Positions 30,121 to 38,080 of a stretch of 64,000 bases of DNA are shown piece by piece. This DNA comes from an uncultured Verrucomicrobiota bacterium (GTDB lineage Bacteria; Verrucomicrobiota; Verrucomicrobiia; CAZIPW01). Each line of letters begins with the position of its first letter. Position 1 is the stretch's first letter. A model generated the notes under the pieces. That model was given only the letters and a program-made list of their open reading frames with translations. It made no database searches and was not told where the DNA came from. The translations under genes were made by a program, and so were the position numbers. Location of the stretch: the NCBI GenBank assembly GCA_964541675.1, contig CAZIPW010000003.1, positions 22,770 to 86,769 on the forward strand, in the 5' to 3' direction.

Positions 30121-30903
30121 ATGTCGGGGAAAAACTTGGATACTCTCGTTATCTTGCTGATTGTGGTCGTGTGTACTTTCATTCCCCTCAAGAATCTATA
30201 TCAGAAGCTCACAGAAGTTCATACGGCCCCCAAAGAGGAGATTGTGTCCCCTACCCCCGCCCCTGCGAGTGGCACTCCAGACGTTAACCTGTGCCCCGAC
30301 GAGCCCGAACAGGAAAATGTATACGATTCGGATGCCCACACATTCTCCCTCAAAGGATATAAAATACACGAGCTGGCCCATTTTCAAATCAAGGGCATAC
30401 TTCTCTCAAGGCATTTCTACAACTCAGATTCCCAGCAATACAGATCTGTTCTTTCCCCGGGGGATTTTGCCCTCGGCTGGGGACCCATGTCGAACCCGAC
30501 GGTACTTACAAAATTTACATATTTTCAAAAGAACAGGTTCCTGTACTTTGCCTGTTATGATAGTTTCTCCCATGAAGCTGAGCGTCTGGGCGCAGATTTC
30601 CATCTTGCCAATATTCACCTCATTCCAGCCAATGATTTGATTGCCAATACTTTAAGCTCCATTAAACCCAGGGATATTGTCACACTCAAAGGCTCCCTTG
30701 TTGAAGTTTTCTATAACGACCAACGCGTTTGGAAGAGTTCCATGACCAACAACGTTACCGGGGACGGTGCTTGCAAGGTTCTTTTCTTGAAAGATATTGA
30801 ATGGAACTCAGGCCCTGAGTCTACTAAAGATGTTCCCCTACCCCACGAACCAGAGCAACAGGATAGCCACGGGCAGTCCCTCCCCAAATCCATGGGAACG
30901 TAG
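30121..30903 (+). CDS. hypothetical membrane-anchored protein (260 aa)
   Basis: N-terminal TM helix LVILLIVVVCTFIPL; the rest is soluble. Confidence 0.5.
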   Translation: MSGKNLDTLVILLIVVVCTFIPLKNLYQKLTEVHTAPKEEIVSPTPAPASGTPDVNLCPDEPEQENVYDSDAHTFSLKGYKIHELAHFQIKGILLSRHFYNSDSQQYRSVLSPGDFALGWGPMSNPTVLTKFTYFQKNRFLYFACYDSFSHEAERLGADFHLANIHLIPANDLIANTLSSIKPRDIVTLKGSLVEVFYNDQRVWKSSMTNNVTGDGACKVLFLKDIEWNSGPESTKDVPLPHEPEQQDSHGQSLPKSMGT

Positions 30904-30959
30904 ACTCACCAATATGACAGGCTGGCCTACAAAAGATATGGAAGCACCAATGACAGAAA

Positions 30960-31290
30960 CCCAGATTATTCTCTGATGTCATCCGCCAGATATTGATACA
31001 TACTATATATTAGACATATAATCATATTATCTTATATACATATGGTACTATAGTATTACTATCATATAGCTATACCATACATTAGGATACATTCATATTA
31101 TATGATCATAGTAATATACAAGACTATATATAACTCGACAATAGATAGGCTGGATACTGTTCATATAATATGATAGTAATATATTATTGATGACATATCA
31201 TTATATAATATGACTATATTATAACAAACGGCACTTTCACATTGACACCACCGTGCCTCAAGTCTATCTATAGTTAAGTATCAAGATATT
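30960..31290. repeat. AT-rich region with degenerate direct repeats (TATGAT(C)ATAGTAATATA-like) upstream of parA; candidate centromere (parS-like) or origin region
   Basis: About 330 nt with more than 75% AT; repeated units atatgatcatagtaatata, atatgatagtaatata and atatgactatatta. Confidence 0.5.
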
Positions 31291-31295
31291 AAAGT

Positions 31296-31883
31296 ATGAC
31301 AACGCGAATTGCTTTTGTAAATGGGAAGGGTGGGGTTGGCAAAACCACTTGCGCCACCCTGATTGCCGCCGCTCTTAAAGAGGCAGGCCAAACTGTATCC
31401 ATACAGGATCTTGATCCGCAAGGAAGCGCGACTACGGCAGCCAGCATATTTGAATTGTCTATAGGAGAGGCAGAGCCCATTGTGATCATGGATACTGCCC
31501 CCAATATCGACTCGCCCGGAACGTTGCACGCGATTAGCTCTGCTAATTTGGTTATCCTTGTCACCACTCCAAGCCCCCTAGACCTGGCTACAACCGCAAC
31601 GACCGCAAAACGCATTGGGGACGAAAGGGCAGGGGGACTTACCCGTGTTCTCTTTAATCTTGTCCAGACCAACAACCGTTTTTTTCAAGAAATGCCTCAG
31701 ATTGCCAAGGAGATACCCTTTCCTGCTTTCAAGACTTTCATCCCCAGACTGACAACCTATCAGGTGGCACAGATATCTGGATGGAAATCGGTCCCTGCAA
31801 GACATCGCGAGAACATCATACATGTAGCCATAGAGATCATGAAAGAGCTGCAATTTATCCAAGAGGAGGTCAACCACATATGA
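31296..31883 (+). CDS. parA: ParA/Soj-family partition ATPase (195 aa)
   Basis: Deviant Walker A KGGVGKTT at the N-terminus (MTTRIAFVNGKGGVGKTTCATLIAAAL); small type Ib ParA size. Confidence 0.85.
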   Translation: MTTRIAFVNGKGGVGKTTCATLIAAALKEAGQTVSIQDLDPQGSATTAASIFELSIGEAEPIVIMDTAPNIDSPGTLHAISSANLVILVTTPSPLDLATTATTAKRIGDERAGGLTRVLFNLVQTNNRFFQEMPQIAKEIPFPAFKTFIPRLTTYQVAQISGWKSVPARHRENIIHVAIEIMKELQFIQEEVNHI

Positions 31884-32263
31884 ACAAACAAGGCAACACT
31901 GCCGAACAACTGCGCGCGCTCATGCGTAGTCACATTCAAAATTCCACCATCACGTCACATTCCCAACCCACCGTTCCAACGCAGAAAACTCTCGTATCCC
32001 CCGCACCTGTCCCTGTTGCACATTCTGAAGTACTCCCCGTTCCCAAACCAGCTTTGGCTCCCCGGCATAGCCTTCGCCTTCTACAAACAGAAATTTCAAA
32101 AATCAACATCATTATCAACTCGACTATGAACATGACCGGGGAGAGAATCACCTTGACAGATGTACTGCGGGTAGGACTTGGAAGGCTAGGGGAAGGTGCC
32201 CCAATAAGCCGGGAAGAGATTGATATACTGAGAACCACCGATGGCAGGAGAACGCGGCACTAA
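31880..32263 (+). CDS. small partner protein of ParA (about 127 aa); candidate centromere-binding ParG/ParB-like protein
   Basis: Start codon overlaps the parA stop (ATGA); basic N-terminus; start revised from the ORF-track 31781. Confidence 0.5.
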   Translation: MNKQGNTAEQLRALMRSHIQNSTITSHSQPTVPTQKTLVSPAPVPVAHSEVLPVPKPALAPRHSLRLLQTEISKINIIINSTMNMTGERITLTDVLRVGLGRLGEGAPISREEIDILRTTDGRRTRH

Positions 32264-32533
32264 AGATGCCGACCGTAGAAGTATAGTCACAGAGAGTACT
32301 GTCTCTCATGAAGACGTCCCTAATCAATAGGTGTATTTTTTCTCGAATATCTAGCTCTAATGTGGAGTTTCTATATTCCCAGCTCTTTCGCCTTTCCCAT
32401 AATCTGCCTTGCAGCCCCGAGCAGCCTCCTTATCTTCACTTGCTCCAACTCTTTCCGGACATCGTTCATCATCTGGAGCAAGCCTAATGTATTTATCACT
32501 TTACTGTCAAAAGGCTTCTGTTTCGTTTCAATT

Positions 32534-33016
32534 TTACTGTTCCGGCGACACAAGCCAATGCAGGCCATCAAAAAGAACCACAAAAGTATTATCCAAGAGA
32601 ACTCCGGCGCGTGTCCGGCCATCGGGCAGGACAAGTATGGCACTCTTCAAACCGGTGGTAGAAAAACCGCTCAAGCGTACATCCGATGGATCAATACAAC
32701 GCGAGGATTTCTCATAAACCCAAGAGCCGCCGACTCCCATAAGGTCGGGTGCGCCGGACATATAATGAATATGAGCAGGGGAGGCAAAACAGCAAATCAA
32801 ATTCCGAGTCAATCCTGTATTGTCGCCCTCTCCGTTACCCCTGAGTCCACCCGCAGCTTTCCATCTTTCCTGAATTTTATCTAGCTCTAGTTGCAAAGCA
32901 ACAGCCTGGGAAGCTCTAACTTCCCGAGAGCCTTGTATGACTCGGGGTGTAACAAAAGATGTGATTAACAGGAATACTGATAGAAACATTACTATTTCGT
33001 ACACAGAGAAGCGCAT
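32534..33016 (-). CDS. small hypothetical membrane protein (160 aa)
   Basis: N-terminal TM helix IVMFLSVFLLITSFV; competing plus-strand ORF 32360-32884 makes this uncertain. Confidence 0.3.
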   Translation of the reverse strand: MRFSVYEIVMFLSVFLLITSFVTPRVIQGSREVRASQAVALQLELDKIQERWKAAGGLRGNGEGDNTGLTRNLICCFASPAHIHYMSGAPDLMGVGGSWVYEKSSRCIDPSDVRLSGFSTTGLKSAILVLPDGRTRAGVLLDNTFVVLFDGLHWLVSPEQ

Positions 33017-33226
33017 AGGGACTTGTATGAAAAAAATAGATCTTCCTCAAGCTGTAAGATTAGAGCGTCTCTGACTTCTGCCATGCATATTTAGCTCTGT
33101 ATTGTTAATTATTCATTTCTAATATGAGATTTATATAAGGATACACTACAATATATGTATTATATGTAATGAACCATGCGAGAGCTTGTTTCACCTTATT
33201 TTTATTGAGTATAAGGGAGAGCTCCT

Positions 33227-33401
33227 GTGGGGATTGTCTAGGATAAAGTAGTGCGGAGAGCTGGGGCACTTGGGAAGTTGTCTAACGCGGCGCGATAGTC
33301 CATCCTTGACGCCTCGGGGGGATGTCTAAGATGGGGAAACGAACGCTCTTGGGGAAATGTCTAGTATGGAGTCTGCCAAATCTTCTTGCGGGGAATCTCG
33401 G
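33227..33401. repeat. iteron-like array: 4-5 direct repeats of GGGGA(W)nTGTCTA spaced about 36-44 bp apart
   Basis: tGGGGAttGTCTA (33227), tGGGAAgtTGTCTA (33271), GGGGGGATGTCTA (33315), tGGGGAAATGTCTA (33349), GGGGAATCTCgg (33389); immediately 3' of the Rep-like gene. Confidence 0.6.
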
Positions 33402-33464
33402 AAGAGTAGGGGTTTCACAGAGGAGAGAGGGCATTCAATCATTCTCCCCCATGAGATGTACTCA

Positions 33465-34901
33465 TTACAAGTTACCGCGGAGGGCGGAGAGCATTTCCGC
33501 TATAAGTTTCCCTGTAGGGGATTTTGGAGGGGTCTGAGACATCGCGACATACTTGGCTTCTCCTAGGATGTCCATCCAAGTGCGTTCGGGCAGAAGTTTC
33601 TTTGCCATTAGAAGAAAACTCTCGCAGGAAGACGGTGTGATGCGAGCTGTCTTTAGTAGTTCTATATCGTTTTGTGAAAGGGCTATATGGGTGTTCCGAA
33701 TGCGCCGCAAGAACTCGCCGTCATCGCGTCCCGATGCATTCCACGCCTGGTATATCTTAAGATGACGGATAGAAGGAATATTCGCCGATTGGGACGCGAC
33801 AGGCCTGTCTGTCAGACTTTTTTCGTTTACTGAAACTATTGATTCAATAGTTCCTTCTGATAAGGTACAATCGATTGCCTGGCTATGGCTGACAGAACGA
33901 ATTTTAGTATCTGCATACTCATTCAGGACGGTGTCCCGCGCGCAGACACCGGCATAATGAGGGGTTGTATAAGCGGTAGGCTGCTCGCAATGGGCGCTCC
34001 TGTCCAAGGGTACTATGTCAGCCATAGTACGTATGACAGTACCACTGGGTATCTCGCTTTTGGGAGAGATCCAGACGAGTAGGCAATCATCGTCAAGTGT
34101 TGTTGAGTCTGTGATGGACAAGTTTAGTATACCATATGGAGTGGGAAGTTGATTGATCTCATCAAAAATAGGCCTACTGCGATGCCCGTAAAATACTGCG
34201 CGACGTGACGACCTAAAAGGCGATATTGGTTGTCCCAGATGCGATAAAAGCTTCGAGAAAGAGATCTTAAAGGGATGAGACGCGTGCGCTCGGCTATAAT
34301 GGGCCCAAGTGGTTAATATCAGATAAAGGCATCGCGCAGTTCTCGATCTAATGGAACAGAGGGCGGGCAAATGGACGGGAGCTGCGAGTTTGGTGTTCGC
34401 TATTATATCGATAAACGTTGGGGAAAATATTACGCGGAAAGCTGGAGCCGTCTTCCCAAAAACAGGCCGTGTTCGGCCGGCTTCCAGTACTATTAACTTT
34501 TCGTATCGGGTCGCCAGATGGTTGGAAGACTGGATTGCTATATCAATGGATTCTAGTGTTGCCAAGGTGGTCTTGAGTAATTCCCTATGGTGGGCGCTGC
34601 AACACGTTCGTGAACCCAGGGCTCTAAAGAGCTGGTTATAGGTTATGGGCTGTCCATTTGTTCTCTCAACCAGACTCAGTAACGCAGCTAGGGCAGTAGT
34701 CGTCTGGAGCGTAAAGCCCGGACAGCAGTTGGGACTCTGGTTTCTATTCCAGCGATCTACCCTCCCCATGATGATATCCTCGGATTCGTCTTGATCATTC
34801 TGTCTTGCCAGAGTGCAGGCAACCCCTTCGCCCGCCAATGGAAGGGCATGTTCCAAGAGCGTTCTTGGCAGCCGGACAGTTGGAGAAGGTAGGATATTCA
34901 T
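33465..34901 (-). CDS. Rep-like protein (478 aa); putative replication initiator by context
   Basis: Large ORF flanked by the iteron array (3') and AT-rich direct repeats (5') and adjacent to parA; no catalytic motif recognised, so the function is inferred from context only. Confidence 0.45.
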   Translation of the reverse strand: MNILPSPTVRLPRTLLEHALPLAGEGVACTLARQNDQDESEDIIMGRVDRWNRNQSPNCCPGFTLQTTTALAALLSLVERTNGQPITYNQLFRALGSRTCCSAHHRELLKTTLATLESIDIAIQSSNHLATRYEKLIVLEAGRTRPVFGKTAPAFRVIFSPTFIDIIANTKLAAPVHLPALCSIRSRTARCLYLILTTWAHYSRAHASHPFKISFSKLLSHLGQPISPFRSSRRAVFYGHRSRPIFDEINQLPTPYGILNLSITDSTTLDDDCLLVWISPKSEIPSGTVIRTMADIVPLDRSAHCEQPTAYTTPHYAGVCARDTVLNEYADTKIRSVSHSQAIDCTLSEGTIESIVSVNEKSLTDRPVASQSANIPSIRHLKIYQAWNASGRDDGEFLRRIRNTHIALSQNDIELLKTARITPSSCESFLLMAKKLLPERTWMDILGEAKYVAMSQTPPKSPTGKLIAEMLSALRGNL

Positions 34902-34919
34902 TGATGGACTTGCCAGTTT

Positions 34920-35110
34920 CTGATTCTGGAAGATTATTTGGTGAAGACAACAACTTTATGATATAACTATTTATGTTATGTAATTCTAATATATAAGAAT
35001 ATTGTATATATGTAACTAGTATATATATTATTGTCGTACATATGTAACTAAATTATATAACACGCTTATAAGCAAAGTGTTACGAATGCATTGAACGCAT
35101 ATATGTATTT
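34920..35110. repeat. AT-rich region with direct repeats (ATATGTAACTA x2) upstream of the Rep-like gene; candidate DNA-unwinding element or promoter region
   Basis: More than 75% AT; tatatatgtaactagtatatat and tacatatgtaactaaattatat. Confidence 0.4.
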
Positions 35111-35420
35111 GTCATATAATATGAACCAACATTGTATGACGAAATTGAAATATGATCTTACATATGCCCAATGTAGTATTGGCGTGCAGATATTCACAAG
35201 AAGTTCACACCGCTTTTTATCCATTATGTATAATATATCTTGGGTATCGACGGCAGCGGTGGTTGGCTTATGGAGTTTATTTCTTGCCAAGGCAAATCGA
35301 AAATTTCTCACATTACCGCCAGACTAACGCAGGTAGAGAACAACAATCTCTGTTTTGAGGCCAGCTGCCCGCCAGTTTTTTCAATCCTGATAGGGAGATG
35401 GTGCCATCGGAGGCATGACT

Positions 35421-36023
35421 CTATTCCAATGATCGCTTAATGATGGCCTTATACATTACTATGGTATAGATCTTTGGGTTCTCAACAAATATGCGGGCGT
35501 ATTCCGAGGAGACTTCTTCCGGTTGGGTCATACAACTCAGACAGGTATCGATGTATGCCCTTGTCGTGCTGATAACCTGATCCGACAGGGCAAATATACT
35601 TTCGGCATACTGCTCTTTAAATTCTCTCAGTCGCTGGCTATCGGCGTGTTGAGAATCTGTCACTGTGCTATAGGCGGTATTGTCGGGCACAATTTCCTTC
35701 TTGTAGATGAACTCCGCGATACTGCCATCCGGATTAAAATTGGGAGCGATTAAATCAGAGACTTTTATCAATGGTTCCATAGCGGGGAAGAATTCCCATT
35801 CACGATCCACCTTTTTCGGATCGAAATTGGGTGCCCTTAGCCTGAACAGAATACTTGGGTCTGCAACAGCGGCCAGAGCATCGTACGAAATAGCGTCACA
35901 GCTAATCCCCATAGGCGCTATGTATAACTCATAGGCTGACTGCAGCACAGGATGAGTGGGGGTCATGTCTCCCAGATCATGCCATCGGGTCAGGGCCTGC
36001 TGCTGAATGGGGGTCAATGTCAT
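35421..36023 (-). CDS. hypothetical protein (200 aa)
   Basis: Clean ORF with no recognised motif; sits between the replication module and ArdC. Confidence 0.5.
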   Translation of the reverse strand: MTLTPIQQQALTRWHDLGDMTPTHPVLQSAYELYIAPMGISCDAISYDALAAVADPSILFRLRAPNFDPKKVDREWEFFPAMEPLIKVSDLIAPNFNPDGSIAEFIYKKEIVPDNTAYSTVTDSQHADSQRLREFKEQYAESIFALSDQVISTTRAYIDTCLSCMTQPEEVSSEYARIFVENPKIYTIVMYKAIIKRSLE

Positions 36024-36148
36024 ATGCTATCTTACGGAGTTTTTAGCATGTTTTTAAAGATCTCTGTAAAGAGGCTTCTCGTTTATTATTTTTTTTACAG
36101 ATCCCGAATTTTTGTCTTCAGGGTGTGCTAAGCTGTCCGTAAGGAAGA

Positions 36149-36955
36149 GTGTTGTTTATGCAGACGCGACAACCAGACAAGTTTGCTCTTATAGCCGGAG
36201 GGTTTGCGGTGGCGCAAGCCCCCTTCCGTCTGCCAGTCGATGCGCTGTGGCCTGAACTTCTCAGGAAAACAGAAGATGGATGGGAACGCCTCCCAGTAGA
36301 GGGTTTTGGGGTCTTTGAATTGATGCGGATCTCTCAAGCCCGGCGCTACACCAGACCTTTCTGGTTGACGCTCAGGGATGGCCTACAGGCCCGTGCTTCG
36401 TTGAGCTCGGAGGCTGTAGGAGTGACAATCCCGCAGTGGAAATGGGCGCAGAAGGCAGGCGATTGGAAGGGCGACATTAGTCCGCAGAATGCTGGCGACA
36501 TACTGTCGGCCAGCGATCTTTCCGATGAGGCAGACCAAGTCGTTGCCATGCGCCCAGTAGTGGTCTTTAATGCGGATGAGTGGGATCGGATTGACGCATT
36601 GCCCGCCTGTCAGCCCAGAGAAGTGCCCACCAAAGAGGAGGCTCTTGAAAGGGCCAGGAAAGTGGAGGAACAGGGGGTTGGTTGCGAGATCCGTCACGAG
36701 GGGGAAGTGGCCTATTATAATCCATCCCTAAACTATATTTGTCTGCCGCCCAAAGACAAGGTTGGTGACAAGGCCTATTATTGGATGCTCTTTGAACAGA
36801 TGGGGCATGCGGTGGCCAGTCGGCACCAGCTTGACCTATGGAAGGACGAACCGGAAGCCACTATAGCAAAAGAGGATCCGTCAACGCGGGTGCTATATGC
36901 CAAAATGGTGGCTGCAAGGCTGGCTTATGAGACGGGAATCGATGTGCTAGAATAA
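36149..36955 (+). CDS. ardC: ArdC-like antirestriction protein (N-terminal ssDNA-binding domain plus C-terminal zincin-like domain with a degenerate HExxH)
   Basis: C-terminal pattern HEGEVAYYNPSLNYICLPP....AYYWMLFEQMGHAVASRHQLD..YAKMVAARLAYETGI parallels ArdC (hGGnrAyYsp.D.I.mP....YY..llHElaHwTGh..RL.R..YA.EEL.AE), but the first His of HExxH is replaced (FEQMGH). Confidence 0.6.
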   Translation: MLFMQTRQPDKFALIAGGFAVAQAPFRLPVDALWPELLRKTEDGWERLPVEGFGVFELMRISQARRYTRPFWLTLRDGLQARASLSSEAVGVTIPQWKWAQKAGDWKGDISPQNAGDILSASDLSDEADQVVAMRPVVVFNADEWDRIDALPACQPREVPTKEEALERARKVEEQGVGCEIRHEGEVAYYNPSLNYICLPPKDKVGDKAYYWMLFEQMGHAVASRHQLDLWKDEPEATIAKEDPSTRVLYAKMVAARLAYETGIDVLE

Positions 36956-37141
36956 TACTATGGCTGATAGAATATTAACAGTAAGTCAAATGAGGAGCTT
37001 GCCGACCTTCGCTTCTGTAGCGGCTCGCGTCGCCCTGGAAGTCGCTAGGAACGCCAATCTTGGATTGCAAAGAGACGGTCAACAGGGGCCCAGTGGTCAC
37101 GGTCTTGGCACACCCAATATCTAGAAATTGGGTTTTTACTC

Positions 37142-38041
37142 TTACGCTGTCTTAAAGTGTATCGAACCGCAGAGGAAATTCAATAGAGTATCCCGATCCG
37201 TGCTGAGTGCCGCGATGGAACGGCTCTTTGTTTTCAGATATTCCGCCGCGGGATCCGATAGGATAGGGGAGATGCCCAGCGCGTACAATGCGCTCCACAA
37301 CTCGGCTTCGGCCGGGAACCTGGCCTGATAGCCTGTCGGCACAGCCCTGGGGTCAACAATAAGCGCTTTGGGAAAGACCGGCAGCTTGTGCTGCCTGTTG
37401 AAAATCCGGAAGTTCTCCGTAACGGTCAATATGGTCTGCAGATCACCCCATTCCTGAGGCGCCGTCAGGTCGTCCGGCGGGAGTATCGGATAAAGAGCCC
37501 GCTCGATGGTATGGATAAACTCCTCAACTTGCATCAGCTCCAATGCGACGGCGTCCCGTTTGGGGTCGGAGGCGTAGGTGGAAGAACGTGTGGATCCAAT
37601 CTTTACCGGGCGGTGCTCATATCCCTTCAGAATGATGGTAAAGTACGGTTCAGCTCCCAAAGACTCGTGTGGAATGAAAAGCTCGCTTTCCCCGCACCAC
37701 CAAACGTCTATTTTCCGGTAGGCGGAGAGCCGCAACCGCAGCCGTCTCTCATAATGTTCCCTTTCCAGCTTTTCGTAGGCGGTCAGCGCAGAAGTTGACA
37801 GCTGTTTGGCTAGCGTGTGACTCTCGGGACGCTGCGCCCGCCAGATATTCAGGAGAGCCTCGTCGTCCACAAAAAGCGCGGTAAAGACAAAGGGCTTGAA
37901 TTGTTCCAGAATAATATCCTCCGCCACCGCGCGGCGCAGGTCCTCCCTCTCAAAAAACTGTCCCAGAGGGGAAGTCTCCAGAAGATAATCAAGGGCAACG
38001 CGCTCGCCTTTTGCCAGAATGGAAGCTGGAACCATAATCAC
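37142..38041 (-). CDS. hypothetical protein (299 aa)
   Basis: Clean ORF co-directional with the 719-aa gene, 40 nt apart. Confidence 0.5.
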   Translation of the reverse strand: MIMVPASILAKGERVALDYLLETSPLGQFFEREDLRRAVAEDIILEQFKPFVFTALFVDDEALLNIWRAQRPESHTLAKQLSTSALTAYEKLEREHYERRLRLRLSAYRKIDVWWCGESELFIPHESLGAEPYFTIILKGYEHRPVKIGSTRSSTYASDPKRDAVALELMQVEEFIHTIERALYPILPPDDLTAPQEWGDLQTILTVTENFRIFNRQHKLPVFPKALIVDPRAVPTGYQARFPAEAELWSALYALGISPILSDPAAEYLKTKSRSIAALSTDRDTLLNFLCGSIHFKTA

Positions 38042-38080
38042 CAGTTTACATGAACTAGCCCCGCGTGGCGAGACTAAGGT

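Noticed and set aside
30960-31290. AT-rich block considered as an IS element terminal region or integration att site
   Set aside because: No transposase or integrase ORF is adjacent and no terminal inverted repeats were seen. The internal degenerate direct repeats upstream of parA fit a centromere or origin-type region better
33227-33401. Possible CRISPR array, given the regularly spaced short repeats
   Set aside because: Repeat units are only about 13-15 nt with variable internal bases and about 25-30-nt spacers. A typical CRISPR array has perfect direct repeats of 24-48 nt, and no cas genes are nearby. The pattern fits iterons
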